DNA of 64,000 nucleotides, taken from contig JAFTYJ010000072.1 of assembly GCA_017464745.1 (NCBI GenBank), positions 3,828 through 67,827 on the forward strand. The letters run 5' to 3'. The notes beneath the pieces are model-generated. The model worked only from the letters and a program-made list of their open reading frames with translations. It had not been told where the DNA came from and did not search any database. Shown piece after piece: positions 9,943 through 19,447 of this stretch (positions are counted from its first letter, which is position 1; each line of letters begins with the position of its first letter). The translations under genes and the position numbers were made by a program. This DNA comes from Rikenellaceae bacterium (GTDB taxonomy: Bacteria > Bacteroidota > Bacteroidia > Bacteroidales > Rikenellaceae).

Positions 9943-11472
9943 CTAATTGTTGCTAGGGTTGGGAGCCACCTCCGAGCCGGGAGCGTCGAGTTCGTGCTTG
10001 GGGATGGGCCATACAAAGCGGGGGTTGTCGGCCGTAACTTTAAGTTTGCTACCCTCTTTGAGCGAGTTCTGTTGGGGAGTACGCTCAAAACCACCACCGT
10101 TGAGCATTGTGCCCCAACGTTTGAGGTCTTGCAGACGGTGACCCTCCATATAGAGTTCACGAACACGCTCGTCCGAGATATTTTGCAGGTAGTTATCTTT
10201 GTTGACATTCATCGAGCCGCTACCATTTGCAAAACGTGCTTTGCGCAGGGTGGTGAGGTCGGCCGAAGCGGCTGCAAAGTCGGGGTTTGCCTTGCGGCAG
10301 TAGGCCTCGGCACGAATCAGGTATTGCTCGGCCAGGCGGAAGGGTTTGGGCGACACAACGTGGTAGATGTAGTATTGGTTCATCATCGTGGTGTTACCCA
10401 TATATTTGGTCAGCAACGGCCACACAAGACCGTGGTTGTGACCTGTTTGCAGGTTGGTGAAGTATGCCGAGTAACGTGCATCACCCGCGCCATAGAGGTT
10501 AAGTACCCATTGTGCAGGCACATAATCGGGGTAGTAGTACACATAGTCGGTATTGAATCCCAAGAAACTTTGACCCAGCGCACCGCCATACGAGGTGGGG
10601 GTAAAGCCGATTTGCCAGATAATCTCGGTTGCCAAGTCGTTCGACCAGATGTAGTCGAAGAAGGTTTCGTTGCCCGAGTAGATAGTGTTGGCATCCGACA
10701 GCGCAAACACCTTGTTGGGGTGGTCAATCACCTTCGACGAGTAGTCGATAGCGGTCTCCCAATCCTGCATATAGAGAGCCACGCGGGCACGCAGAGCATT
10801 CACCATACCGTGAATTGCATAGTAACTGCTGATGCCGTCGTAGTCTTTATCCAGCAGGTTCTCGGCCTTGGTCAGGTCCTCAACGACCATTTGGTAGGAG
10901 TCGTAGAGCGACGCACGCACGGCACGTTCGGGTTGGGTGTACGACTTACGCAACACCACACCGAGTTGATTTTGGGCTTTGGCGGGGTCGTAGGCCTCGC
11001 AATAACACTTAATCAACTCCGAATAACACAATGCGCGAATAGTATAAACCTCGCCTTTGTAGAAATCCAGGGCCAGCAGTTTGTCGTCGTTGGTTTCGGC
11101 GGCAATCACACGGTCCACCTTTTCGAGGAAGAAGTTACACTCGCTGATGATACCATACAGAGCGGCATACACGGCCTCAACCTCCTTGCTGGTACCGCGG
11201 AAGGTCCACAACCAGAACTCGCCCATATTGTTGGAGTAGCCATCCACGGCATACACCAAATCGCTTTGGATATCGGGCAGCAGGGTGAGGTAGCCACTCC
11301 ACAGAGCGCTGCTCTTCATTTGGGCATAGATACCCGTAAGATGTTGTTCGGCATCATCGAATGTCTGCATTGCACTGCCGACGGGGATAGCCGAGCCGGG
11401 AGTTTTGTCAAGACACGAGGTTGCCAACATTGCAACCATCAGGGTGACGCATATTTTGAGTTTTCTGAGCAT
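9943..11472 (-). CDS. susD: SusD/RagB family nutrient-binding outer-membrane lipoprotein
   Basis: Lipobox MLATSCLDK, about 500 aa, TPR-like helical pattern. It lies 13 nt downstream of a SusC-type gene. The C-terminal WPIP motif is typical of the family. Confidence 0.9.
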   Translation of the reverse strand: MLRKLKICVTLMVAMLATSCLDKTPGSAIPVGSAMQTFDDAEQHLTGIYAQMKSSALWSGYLTLLPDIQSDLVYAVDGYSNNMGEFWLWTFRGTSKEVEAVYAALYGIISECNFFLEKVDRVIAAETNDDKLLALDFYKGEVYTIRALCYSELIKCYCEAYDPAKAQNQLGVVLRKSYTQPERAVRASLYDSYQMVVEDLTKAENLLDKDYDGISSYYAIHGMVNALRARVALYMQDWETAIDYSSKVIDHPNKVFALSDANTIYSGNETFFDYIWSNDLATEIIWQIGFTPTSYGGALGQSFLGFNTDYVYYYPDYVPAQWVLNLYGAGDARYSAYFTNLQTGHNHGLVWPLLTKYMGNTTMMNQYYIYHVVSPKPFRLAEQYLIRAEAYCRKANPDFAAASADLTTLRKARFANGSGSMNVNKDNYLQNISDERVRELYMEGHRLQDLKRWGTMLNGGGFERTPQQNSLKEGSKLKVTADNPRFVWPIPKHELDAPGSEVAPNPSNN

Positions 11473-11485
11473 ACGTTATAGTCGT

Positions 11486-14425
11486 TTAGAAAGTGATGTC
11501 AAGTCCGAACGTGAATTGGCGAGCCATAGGGTACTGTGCGGCATAGATATTGGCCGTACCCTCGGGGTCCAATCCCGAGAATTTGGTGAAAGTAAACAGG
11601 TTTTGAGCCTGTGCATATACGCGGATACCGCTGAACACCTTGCTCTTGCGGAGCAGGTTTTGAGGCAGCGAGTAACTGAGCATCAGGTTTTTGAGTCGCA
11701 AGAACGAAGCATCCTCCAACAGACGGCTGTCGAATTCGGTATAGACACCGTGACGCGGGATGTCGGTCACATCACCCGGCTTTTTCCAGCGGTCCTGCAG
11801 GCGACGGCTTTGGTTGTACGATGCGAAACGGCCGTTCGACTCGTCGAAGTAGCGGTCGTTGTTAATCATCCAACGGTCGGCAACCCAACTGAATTGGGCG
11901 CTGAGCGACAGCCCTTTCCAAGTCAGAGCAGTTCCGAAACCACCCTGCCACGGAGCGAAATAACTCTTGTCGATAAGCACTTTGTCCTCGTCGCGGAGTT
12001 CGGTTGTGATATTGCCGTTCTTGTCGTACCACAGAGCGTCACCATTTGCGGGGTTTACGCCTGCGTAGCGGTTGATGTAGAACTGACCCAACGACTCACC
12101 CACAACGTATTTGGTGTAGGCACCCGAGTTTTCGTATTCGGTAACGCCGTTGTAGAGTTCGGTAATTTTGTTGTCGTTATACGAGAAGTTGGCATTGATG
12201 GTCCACGAGAAGTCCTTCACGGCGATAGCGGTAGCGTTTACGCTCAACTCGACACCCTTATTAACCATCACACCCACGTTATCCCAATAGTAGCCGAAGC
12301 CCGAGGTCGAGTACGGCAGAGGAACATTCATCAGCATATCGCTGGTGCGTTTGTAGTACAACTCCAAATCGACATTGAGTCGGTTCCAGAAGCCCACGTG
12401 GATACCGAGGTTGCTTGTCCAGGGTTTCTCCCAACCGAGGTTTTCGTTACCGGGTTGAGCCAGACCCAAACCTGCGTCGCCCACATAGTCCAAGCCACCG
12501 CCCACAAGAGCCAGGTGCTCGTAGTTGGGGATTGACGAGTTACCCGAAGTACCGGTCGAGAGTTGCACCTGAGCGTTGGTCAGCCAGCGCGACACGCCCG
12601 ACATAAACTCCTCGTTACGCAGATTCCACATAAATGCTGCCGACCAGAACACACCCCAGCGATTCTGCTTACCGAAACGGCTCGAAGCGTCGGTACGCAC
12701 AGCAGCCTCGGCAAAGTAGCGGTTTTTGTAGTTGTACTCGCCACGGGCGAAGAACGACAAGAAACCATAATCCGAGTCGGTGGTATCATCCCACGATGTT
12801 GCACGGGTTGCGGTGGTGAGGTTGGTCAATGCGTCGTTGTTTTGACCTGCGGTTGCCACGCTGAACGCCTCGTAGTGGTAGTCGATACCCTCGTGACCCA
12901 ACAGGAAGTTGAACGAGTGGTCCTTATTGATGTCAAACTCGTAGTTGATGGTGTTGGTCATTGTGAGGGTGTAGTTGTCGGTCGAACTGCGCGAAGCCGA
13001 GCCGCTACCCTGGTTGGGGGCATAACTCGGGAACGACTGTGCAAAGCCGGTCGAGTGCGAGTAGTCGGCGCTGAATTGCGAGCGCAGGGTCAGACCCTCA
13101 ATGGGAGTTGCCTCGGCAAAGATGGTCTCGATAAGTTTGTATTTCTTGAAGGTCAGAGGGTTGTTTTTGAGCCATTCGAGGGGGTTCTGACCATTACCCT
13201 TCCACGAGCCGTCGTTGATAGATGCCAGCGAGCCGTCGGCCTTGTAGGGATTCCAGTAGGGCATCATAAAACGTGCGGCCGAGATGGGGGTTACAAGAGT
13301 ATAGGCACCCTCGTCGGCTTGTTGGATATTCTGGAAGTTGAGCATAGTGTTGCTGCCGATTTTGAGCCATTTGGCAGCACGGCGTTCCAAGTTGGCACGC
13401 AGCGAGTAGCGCTCGAAGCCCGAGCCCACAGCCGTACCGTCTTGGTTATAGTAGCCACCCGACAGATAGTAGTTGGTCTTGTCGTCGGCACCCGACACCG
13501 CCAACTCATAACTATGCAGCAGAGCGCGGGGGTTGAACACCACATCCATCCAGTTGATGTCGGTGCGGCCCAGCACGTCGTAGTTTTGACCGTCGGTCAT
13601 TCCGATTTCCTTCTCGTATTGGATACGCTCGGCGGTGGTCATAAGGTCCCACTTCTCGCCATTGGCTTGCGAGAAACCGATTTGTGTTTGGAATTGGATT
13701 TTGGGTCGGTCAGCCGCACGTCCCTTCTTGGTGGTAATCACAACCACACCGTTGGCGGCACGTGCACCATAAATCGAAGTCGATGCAGCATCCTTCAACA
13801 CGTTAAGGGTTTCGATATCCGAGGGGTTGATGGTATTGAAATCGCTCGCCGAGATAGGTGCACCATCGAGGATATACAACGGAGCGGTACCCGAGTTAAT
13901 CGAGTTCACACCACGGATTTGCATTGTTGCCGAGGCCGAGGGTTCACCCGTATTGGACAACACCGACAGACCTGCCACCTGACCTTGCAGTGCTTGGTCA
14001 AAAGCGGCGGTTGGGGTATCCTCAATCTTGGCGGTATTGACCGTCGAAACCGAGCCTGCCACGGTGCCTTTCTTACGCACGCCATAGGCAATCACAACCA
14101 CGTCGTCCACCAATTCGGCTTCGCTCTCCATTTCGAGGTTGTAGGTTACGGCCGACTTACCGGTGGGCACGAGGTACTCCACGGTTTTGAAGCCGATATA
14201 TTGGAACGTCAGTTTGGTACCGGCCACAGCCTGCACCGAGTAGGTTCCGTCGAGTTGGGTACTCATACCACTGAGCGCTTCGGTCACGACCGTCACACCG
14301 ATAAGCGGTTGTTTGTCTTCGGCCGAGGTCACCTTACCGCTGACCGTCACACGTTCTTGGGCGACGGCGGCAGCAGGGATGGCGAGCATCAGTGCCAATA
14401 GTACTTTTGATAGAAATTTGGGCAT
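11486..14425 (-). CDS. susC: SusC/RagA family TonB-dependent outer-membrane transporter
   Basis: N-terminal carboxypeptidase-regulatory-like domain (VTVSGKVTSAEDKQPLIGVTVV), then plug (DDVVVIAYG...), a roughly 980-aa barrel, and a C-terminal aromatic F. ATG at 14425 is preferred over GTG at 14431. There is no STN signalling domain. Confidence 0.93.
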   Translation of the reverse strand: MPKFLSKVLLALMLAIPAAAVAQERVTVSGKVTSAEDKQPLIGVTVVTEALSGMSTQLDGTYSVQAVAGTKLTFQYIGFKTVEYLVPTGKSAVTYNLEMESEAELVDDVVVIAYGVRKKGTVAGSVSTVNTAKIEDTPTAAFDQALQGQVAGLSVLSNTGEPSASATMQIRGVNSINSGTAPLYILDGAPISASDFNTINPSDIETLNVLKDAASTSIYGARAANGVVVITTKKGRAADRPKIQFQTQIGFSQANGEKWDLMTTAERIQYEKEIGMTDGQNYDVLGRTDINWMDVVFNPRALLHSYELAVSGADDKTNYYLSGGYYNQDGTAVGSGFERYSLRANLERRAAKWLKIGSNTMLNFQNIQQADEGAYTLVTPISAARFMMPYWNPYKADGSLASINDGSWKGNGQNPLEWLKNNPLTFKKYKLIETIFAEATPIEGLTLRSQFSADYSHSTGFAQSFPSYAPNQGSGSASRSSTDNYTLTMTNTINYEFDINKDHSFNFLLGHEGIDYHYEAFSVATAGQNNDALTNLTTATRATSWDDTTDSDYGFLSFFARGEYNYKNRYFAEAAVRTDASSRFGKQNRWGVFWSAAFMWNLRNEEFMSGVSRWLTNAQVQLSTGTSGNSSIPNYEHLALVGGGLDYVGDAGLGLAQPGNENLGWEKPWTSNLGIHVGFWNRLNVDLELYYKRTSDMLMNVPLPYSTSGFGYYWDNVGVMVNKGVELSVNATAIAVKDFSWTINANFSYNDNKITELYNGVTEYENSGAYTKYVVGESLGQFYINRYAGVNPANGDALWYDKNGNITTELRDEDKVLIDKSYFAPWQGGFGTALTWKGLSLSAQFSWVADRWMINNDRYFDESNGRFASYNQSRRLQDRWKKPGDVTDIPRHGVYTEFDSRLLEDASFLRLKNLMLSYSLPQNLLRKSKVFSGIRVYAQAQNLFTFTKFSGLDPEGTANIYAAQYPMARQFTFGLDITF

Positions 14426-14456
14426 ATGCACAACTTATAATTACATTATCAACGCG

Positions 14457-14464
14457 CAAAACTA
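14457..14464 (-). promoter_or_regulatory. Bacteroidetes -7 promoter motif TAGTTTTG upstream of susC
   Basis: Exact TAnnTTTG on the minus strand, 25 nt upstream of the susC ATG. Confidence 0.45.
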
Positions 14465-14787
14465 AAAAAACTACGAGAAAAAACCAAATAAAGTATAAAT
14501 TATAACAAAATTTATGAAATACTCACAAAATCAGCAACCGATTGTAAGCGCATTTTAGGCCCGTTTAAGCCCCTGAATAGCACCATTTTAGATGGTAAAT
14601 TCAAACATTTATCGGCTGAAAAATTCCACAAAAATATTTTTCACATTCAAGACCTCAGATGTGGAAAAATTCGTCATTTTCGACCCTCCAACAACGCTCA
14701 TCACGATAATCTTTACGGCACAAATTTGGCACTCATTCAGACTCAAAAATAGCACGATTTTGTACAATAGTATTGCAATAAAATCGT

Positions 14788-14795
14788 TATCTTTG
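14788..14795 (+). promoter_or_regulatory. -7 promoter motif TATCTTTG upstream of the P-type ATPase
   Basis: Exact TAnnTTTG, 28 nt before ATG 14823. Confidence 0.5.
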
Positions 14796-14822
14796 CATAA
14801 ATAACCGAAAACAGCAAACACA

Positions 14823-17456
14823 ATGACCGACCAAACCGAATTTTATCGTCTGTCCGTCGAGCAGACACGAGCACAACTCAATGCCACCTCCACCAACGGA
14901 CTCTCCACTGCCGAAGCCGCCGAAAGATTGGCACACGACGGCCACAACGAGTTTGCCAAAAAGAAACATACCACCCTCATTGTCAAGTTCTTAAATCAGT
15001 TTAAGAGTTTTATGATTTTGGTGCTTATCGCGGCCGCTATAATTTCGGGCGTGGTGGGTGTAATGAACGGCGAGGGTATGGCCGACACCTTTATCATTAT
15101 GGCCATTGTGGTAATCAACGCCATCATCGGAGTTTTGCAGGAGGCCAAGGCCGAGAAGTCGCTCGATGCGCTCGAACGTATGTCGGCACCCCACTGCAAG
15201 GTGATGCGCGACGGCGAGGTGCAGGTTATCGAGAGCCGCGACCTGGTGGTGGGCGACACGGTTGTTATCGAGACGGGCGACAGCGTACCTGCCGACCTGC
15301 GACTCACCGAGGCTACCAATCTCAAAATTCAGGAGGCGGCACTGACGGGCGAATCGCTTCCCGTCGAGAAGAGTACCGACACCATCACCGAAGAGTCACC
15401 CATTGGCGACCGCACCAATATGGCATTTGCCTCGTGCAGCGTCACTTACGGCCACGGTGTGGGTATTGTGACCGCTACGGCAACGGCCACAGAGGTGGGC
15501 AAAATCGCCTCGATGATTCAATCCGTTCCCGAGGTCAAAACCCCTATGCAGCAACGTCTTGACCAATTGGGAAAATACTTGGCAATCGCTGCGCTGGTCA
15601 TCTGTGCGCTTATATTTATAATAGGTATCGCCTATGGCAACGATATTTTGACAATGTTTATGACGGCTGTAAGTTTGGCTGCTGCGGCCATTCCTGAGGG
15701 TCTTCCTGCTGTTTCGACCATTGTGTTGGCTATGGGTGTTACACGCCTTGCCAAACGCAACGCCATTGTGCGCAACCTCCCCTCGGTTGAGACTCTGGGC
15801 AGCACCACGGTCATCTGCTCCGACAAGACGGGTACCCTGACTCAAAACCGAATGACGGTGGTTGCAACCTACACCGAGGGTGCTCAACGCGAGGCCGCCG
15901 AACTCACACCCACCATCCGACAACTCATCCGCATTGCGGTGTTGGCCAACGACGGCAAACTCAATAGCGACGACGGCACAACCGTGGGCGACCCCATCGA
16001 AACCGCCCTGTTGGACCTGGGACGTGTGCACGGAATCGACAAAAACGAGGTGGACGCTGCGGCTCCTCGCTCGGCCGAGATACCGTTTGATTCGGAACGT
16101 AAACTTATGACCACCGTTCACCCCGAGGGAGAGACGCTGCTGGTTGCCACCAAAGGCGGTATGGACGAACTCCTTGCACGTTGCAACCGTATTGTCGATG
16201 CCGGCAAGGTACGTGCGCTGACCGAAGCCGACCGCGAAACACTGCGCACTGCCAACACCTCGCTTGCAAGTCAGGCTCTGCGCGTATTGGCTATGGGCTA
16301 CAACGAGATAGAGGCTCTGCCCGACGAGATTTCGAGTGCCACAATCGAGCGCGACCTGGTGTTTGTAGGTATGGTCGGAATGATTGACCCTCCGCGCGAG
16401 GAGGTTAAGGCCGCGGTTGCGGAGTGTCGTGCTGCGGGCATACGTCCTGTGATGATTACGGGCGACCACCTTATCACCGCATCGGCCATTGCTCGCCAGT
16501 TGGGTATTATGGTCGATGGAAATATTGCTGTGACGGGTGCCGAGGTCGAGAAGATGAGCGACGAGGAGTTGCGCGCAACGGCCAAAAATGCCGCCGTGTT
16601 TGCGCGTGTGGCACCGGAGCATAAAGTCCGAATTGTCAAAGCATTCCAAAGCCTCAGCAATGTGGTTGCGATGACGGGCGATGGTGTGAACGACGCACCT
16701 GCGCTCAAACTCGCCGACATTGGTGTGGCTATGGGTATCACGGGCACGGATGTGTCGAAGGAGGCTGCCGATGTGGTGTTGGCCGACGACAACTTCGCCA
16801 CCATTGTGTCGGCTGTACGCGAAGGCCGCCGCATCTACGACAACCTGATGAAGTCCATTCAGTTTATGTTTTCGACCAACTTGGGCGAGATTTTGGTGCT
16901 GTTCATTGCCGTGATTTGCAACCTTGTATCGCCACTGTTACCTATTCATATTCTGTGGATTAACCTTGTGACCGACAGTCTTCCAGCGCTGGCGCTCAGT
17001 TTCGACCCCGCCGAGGACGATATTATGAATCGCAAACCTATCGACTCCAAACAGGGCATTATGACACGCGGATTCTCGCTGCGTGTGCTGTTGCAGGGTG
17101 CGTGCATCGCTGGTCTGTCGCTTGCTGCCTACCACATTGGACTCCAAACCTCGGTGGATGCTGCACGCACAATGACTTTTGCAACATTGGCACTGTCGCA
17201 GATGACACTGATTTTCAGCATCCGTTCGGGTATGCACGCCGCCGTGAAGGGTATATTCCGCAACAAATTCCTGTGGGGGGCTATTCTGTTTGTGGTGGCG
17301 CTGATGGCTTTGGTGTTGTTGATTCCTTCGGTAAGAAGTATCTTCCACGTTGTTGCGCTTTCGGGCACTCAATGGCTGTGGGTTGGCGGTTTGTCGCTGG
17401 CCGCAGGCATTGTAAGCGAACTATTCAAAGGAGTGGTAAGGCTGATTCGCAAATAG
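14823..17456 (+). CDS. Cation-translocating P-type ATPase, type II (Ca2+-ATPase-like)
   Basis: DKTGTLT phosphorylation motif, TGES, MITGDH, MTGDGVNDAPAL, and about 10 predicted TM segments. Confidence 0.93.
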   Translation: MTDQTEFYRLSVEQTRAQLNATSTNGLSTAEAAERLAHDGHNEFAKKKHTTLIVKFLNQFKSFMILVLIAAAIISGVVGVMNGEGMADTFIIMAIVVINAIIGVLQEAKAEKSLDALERMSAPHCKVMRDGEVQVIESRDLVVGDTVVIETGDSVPADLRLTEATNLKIQEAALTGESLPVEKSTDTITEESPIGDRTNMAFASCSVTYGHGVGIVTATATATEVGKIASMIQSVPEVKTPMQQRLDQLGKYLAIAALVICALIFIIGIAYGNDILTMFMTAVSLAAAAIPEGLPAVSTIVLAMGVTRLAKRNAIVRNLPSVETLGSTTVICSDKTGTLTQNRMTVVATYTEGAQREAAELTPTIRQLIRIAVLANDGKLNSDDGTTVGDPIETALLDLGRVHGIDKNEVDAAAPRSAEIPFDSERKLMTTVHPEGETLLVATKGGMDELLARCNRIVDAGKVRALTEADRETLRTANTSLASQALRVLAMGYNEIEALPDEISSATIERDLVFVGMVGMIDPPREEVKAAVAECRAAGIRPVMITGDHLITASAIARQLGIMVDGNIAVTGAEVEKMSDEELRATAKNAAVFARVAPEHKVRIVKAFQSLSNVVAMTGDGVNDAPALKLADIGVAMGITGTDVSKEAADVVLADDNFATIVSAVREGRRIYDNLMKSIQFMFSTNLGEILVLFIAVICNLVSPLLPIHILWINLVTDSLPALALSFDPAEDDIMNRKPIDSKQGIMTRGFSLRVLLQGACIAGLSLAAYHIGLQTSVDAARTMTFATLALSQMTLIFSIRSGMHAAVKGIFRNKFLWGAILFVVALMALVLLIPSVRSIFHVVALSGTQWLWVGGLSLAAGIVSELFKGVVRLIRK

Positions 17457-17468
17457 ATGATTCAAACA

Positions 17469-17504
17469 AAAACAGGCTGCCCGTCGAGGCAGCCTGTTTT
17501 GTTT
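17469..17504. terminator. Bidirectional intrinsic terminator between convergent genes
   Basis: Arms aaacaggctgcc / ggcagcctgttt form a 12-bp stem with a 6-nt loop. T-runs flank it on both strands. Confidence 0.75.
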
Positions 17505-18189
17505 ACATTTCGGTATATGCATATTCGATAGCCCGATTGAGCAGACGATTCAGATTGACCGTCGGGGCAAACATTTCAAGCAACACGGGCACCGGGTCAG
17601 CGGCATCAAGCACCTCGCCACCCAAGTCGCGCTCCAAGATATAATCCTTTAATTTAAAATAGTCCGCCCACGGCGACTCCGCAGGGAAACCTTTGGGCAC
17701 ACGTTTGAGAGCACGTTCGCAGTCAAGTATCCACCCCTCGGCCTCGGTCACACAGCGGTGAAACTCGGCACCATTATCCAAAATCTCCTCGCGCATACTC
17801 AACAGCGGTTTGGGCTCGGGGCAATGGGCACCCGAAGCGAGGATACTGCGACCCAAGAGTCCGTCACCCACGGGTTCGATGTGCAGGTAGTAGCCAGCAT
17901 AACCCGATTTGCGACCGTGCGGACAGATATAGGCACTCATATGGGTTTTGTAGGGAGTCTTGTCGGGCGAGAAACGGGTATCGCGGTAGATTCGATAAGT
18001 GCAGTCGCGCACCGACAGCATACCCAGCGCAGGGTCCTGGCTCTGCAATCCCGCAATCAGCCGCTCCACAATGCCATTGAACTCGGCCTGACGTGCGAGG
18101 TACTCCGCTTTGTTGGCATTAAACCACTCGCGGTTGTTGTTCACACGTAGTCGGTCGAGAAATTCGAGTATTTGTCGGAGAGTTGTCAT
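17503..18189 (-). CDS. DUF2461 (TIGR02453) family protein
   Basis: N-terminus LEFLDRLRVNNNREWFNANKAEY and the segment YRIYRDTRFSPDKTPYK are typical of the family. It overlaps the upstream U32 gene by 4 nt. Confidence 0.75.
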   Translation of the reverse strand: MTTLRQILEFLDRLRVNNNREWFNANKAEYLARQAEFNGIVERLIAGLQSQDPALGMLSVRDCTYRIYRDTRFSPDKTPYKTHMSAYICPHGRKSGYAGYYLHIEPVGDGLLGRSILASGAHCPEPKPLLSMREEILDNGAEFHRCVTEAEGWILDCERALKRVPKGFPAESPWADYFKLKDYILERDLGGEVLDAADPVPVLLEMFAPTVNLNRLLNRAIEYAYTEM

Positions 18190-19427
18190 TCGGCATCCAC
18201 AAGTTTATAGAGTTTGTCACCACGACGCACCTCCGACGGGGTCTTAACGGAGCAGAACACACCCTGGGGCGCAACCTCGGCAGGAGCCTCAGCCACATAC
18301 ACCTGTTCGGCCACACACTCCAACAGACCCGTAGTGCGGCCAAAGAACATCAACTCGGAACCCTGTTCGAGGGGCGAAGCCTCGACCCACACCTCGGCAA
18401 CTCCGATTTTCTTGAAGTAGTTGGTTACTTTGCCCACAAACACCTTGCGCTTGGTGGACGAAGAGCCATAAGCCATCGTAAGTTCGGGAATCGGGCGACC
18501 CGTGTAGTATCCGCCCCAGAAGTCGCGGTTGAACACCGTGCGCAGGCGTTCGGTCAGCGAGTCGGCCAACTCCTGCGAGAAAGTTCCGTCACACACCGCA
18601 CACACGGCAGCATTGTAACTCTCAACCACACGTTTGACATAGTCGGCACCACGGGCACGGCCCTCCAATTTGAGCACCCTCACACCCGAGGCTATCATCT
18701 TATCGATAAATCCGATGGTACACAAGTCCTTGGGCGACAACAGGTATTGCCCCTGCACATCCAACTCGGCTCCCGTCTCCTTGTCACGCAGGGTGTAGGA
18801 GCGACGGCATATTTGGCGGCAGGCACCGCGATTGGCTGAGCAACCCGTCTCGTGGACACTCAGGTAGCACTTGCCCGAAATGGCCATACACAGCGCACCG
18901 TGGGCAAACATCTCGATTTGAATCAACTCGCCCTTGGGTCCTCGAATATCACGCTCCTTGATTTGGGAGTGGATGTAGGCCACCTGTTCCATACTCAACT
19001 CACGCGCCAAGACCACCACATCGGCCCAACGCGAGTAGAATTTCAGCGTTTCGACATTCGACACATTGAGTTGGGTCGAGATGTGCACCTCCATACCTCG
19101 GCTGCGGGCGTACTCGATAGCCGCTTGGTCGGCCACAATGAGCGCCGTCACACCCTCGGCCGCCGCACGGTCAATCACCGCGTGGAGTTTGGGAATTTCG
19201 TCGTCGTAGATTATGGTATTGACCGTAAGGTAGGTTTTAACCCCTCGGGCACGGCAGGTAGCCACAATCTCGGCCAGGTCGTCGAGAGTAAAATTGACCG
19301 ACGAGGCGGCTCTCATATTGAGTCCCGCCACACCGAAATAGACCGAATCGGCTCCGGCCTCAATGGCGGCGTGCAGACTCTCGTAGGAGCCCACGGGTGC
19401 CATTATCTCTATATCACTTCGTTGCAT
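18186..19427 (-). CDS. Peptidase U32 family protein (collagenase-like / O2-independent hydroxylase family)
   Basis: MAPVGSYESLHAAIEAGADSVYFG, a TIM-barrel-like N-terminal domain, and a Cys cluster (GALCMAISGKCYLS...GCSANRGACRQICRR). Confidence 0.85.
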   Translation of the reverse strand: MQRSDIEIMAPVGSYESLHAAIEAGADSVYFGVAGLNMRAASSVNFTLDDLAEIVATCRARGVKTYLTVNTIIYDDEIPKLHAVIDRAAAEGVTALIVADQAAIEYARSRGMEVHISTQLNVSNVETLKFYSRWADVVVLARELSMEQVAYIHSQIKERDIRGPKGELIQIEMFAHGALCMAISGKCYLSVHETGCSANRGACRQICRRSYTLRDKETGAELDVQGQYLLSPKDLCTIGFIDKMIASGVRVLKLEGRARGADYVKRVVESYNAAVCAVCDGTFSQELADSLTERLRTVFNRDFWGGYYTGRPIPELTMAYGSSSTKRKVFVGKVTNYFKKIGVAEVWVEASPLEQGSELMFFGRTTGLLECVAEQVYVAEAPAEVAPQGVFCSVKTPSEVRRGDKLYKLVDAE

Positions 19428-19447
19428 TTGGTAGTGTGTTGTGTTGT

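Noticed and set aside
14592-14821. Two overlapping 70-aa ORFs on opposite strands in the susC/ATPase intergenic region, plus a weak direct repeat (aatagcacNatttt at about 14575 and 14748).
   Set aside because: The region is AT-rich promoter DNA. The translations are low-complexity (rich in I, F, K and N), and the mutual overlap makes neither credible. The repeat is short and imperfect.
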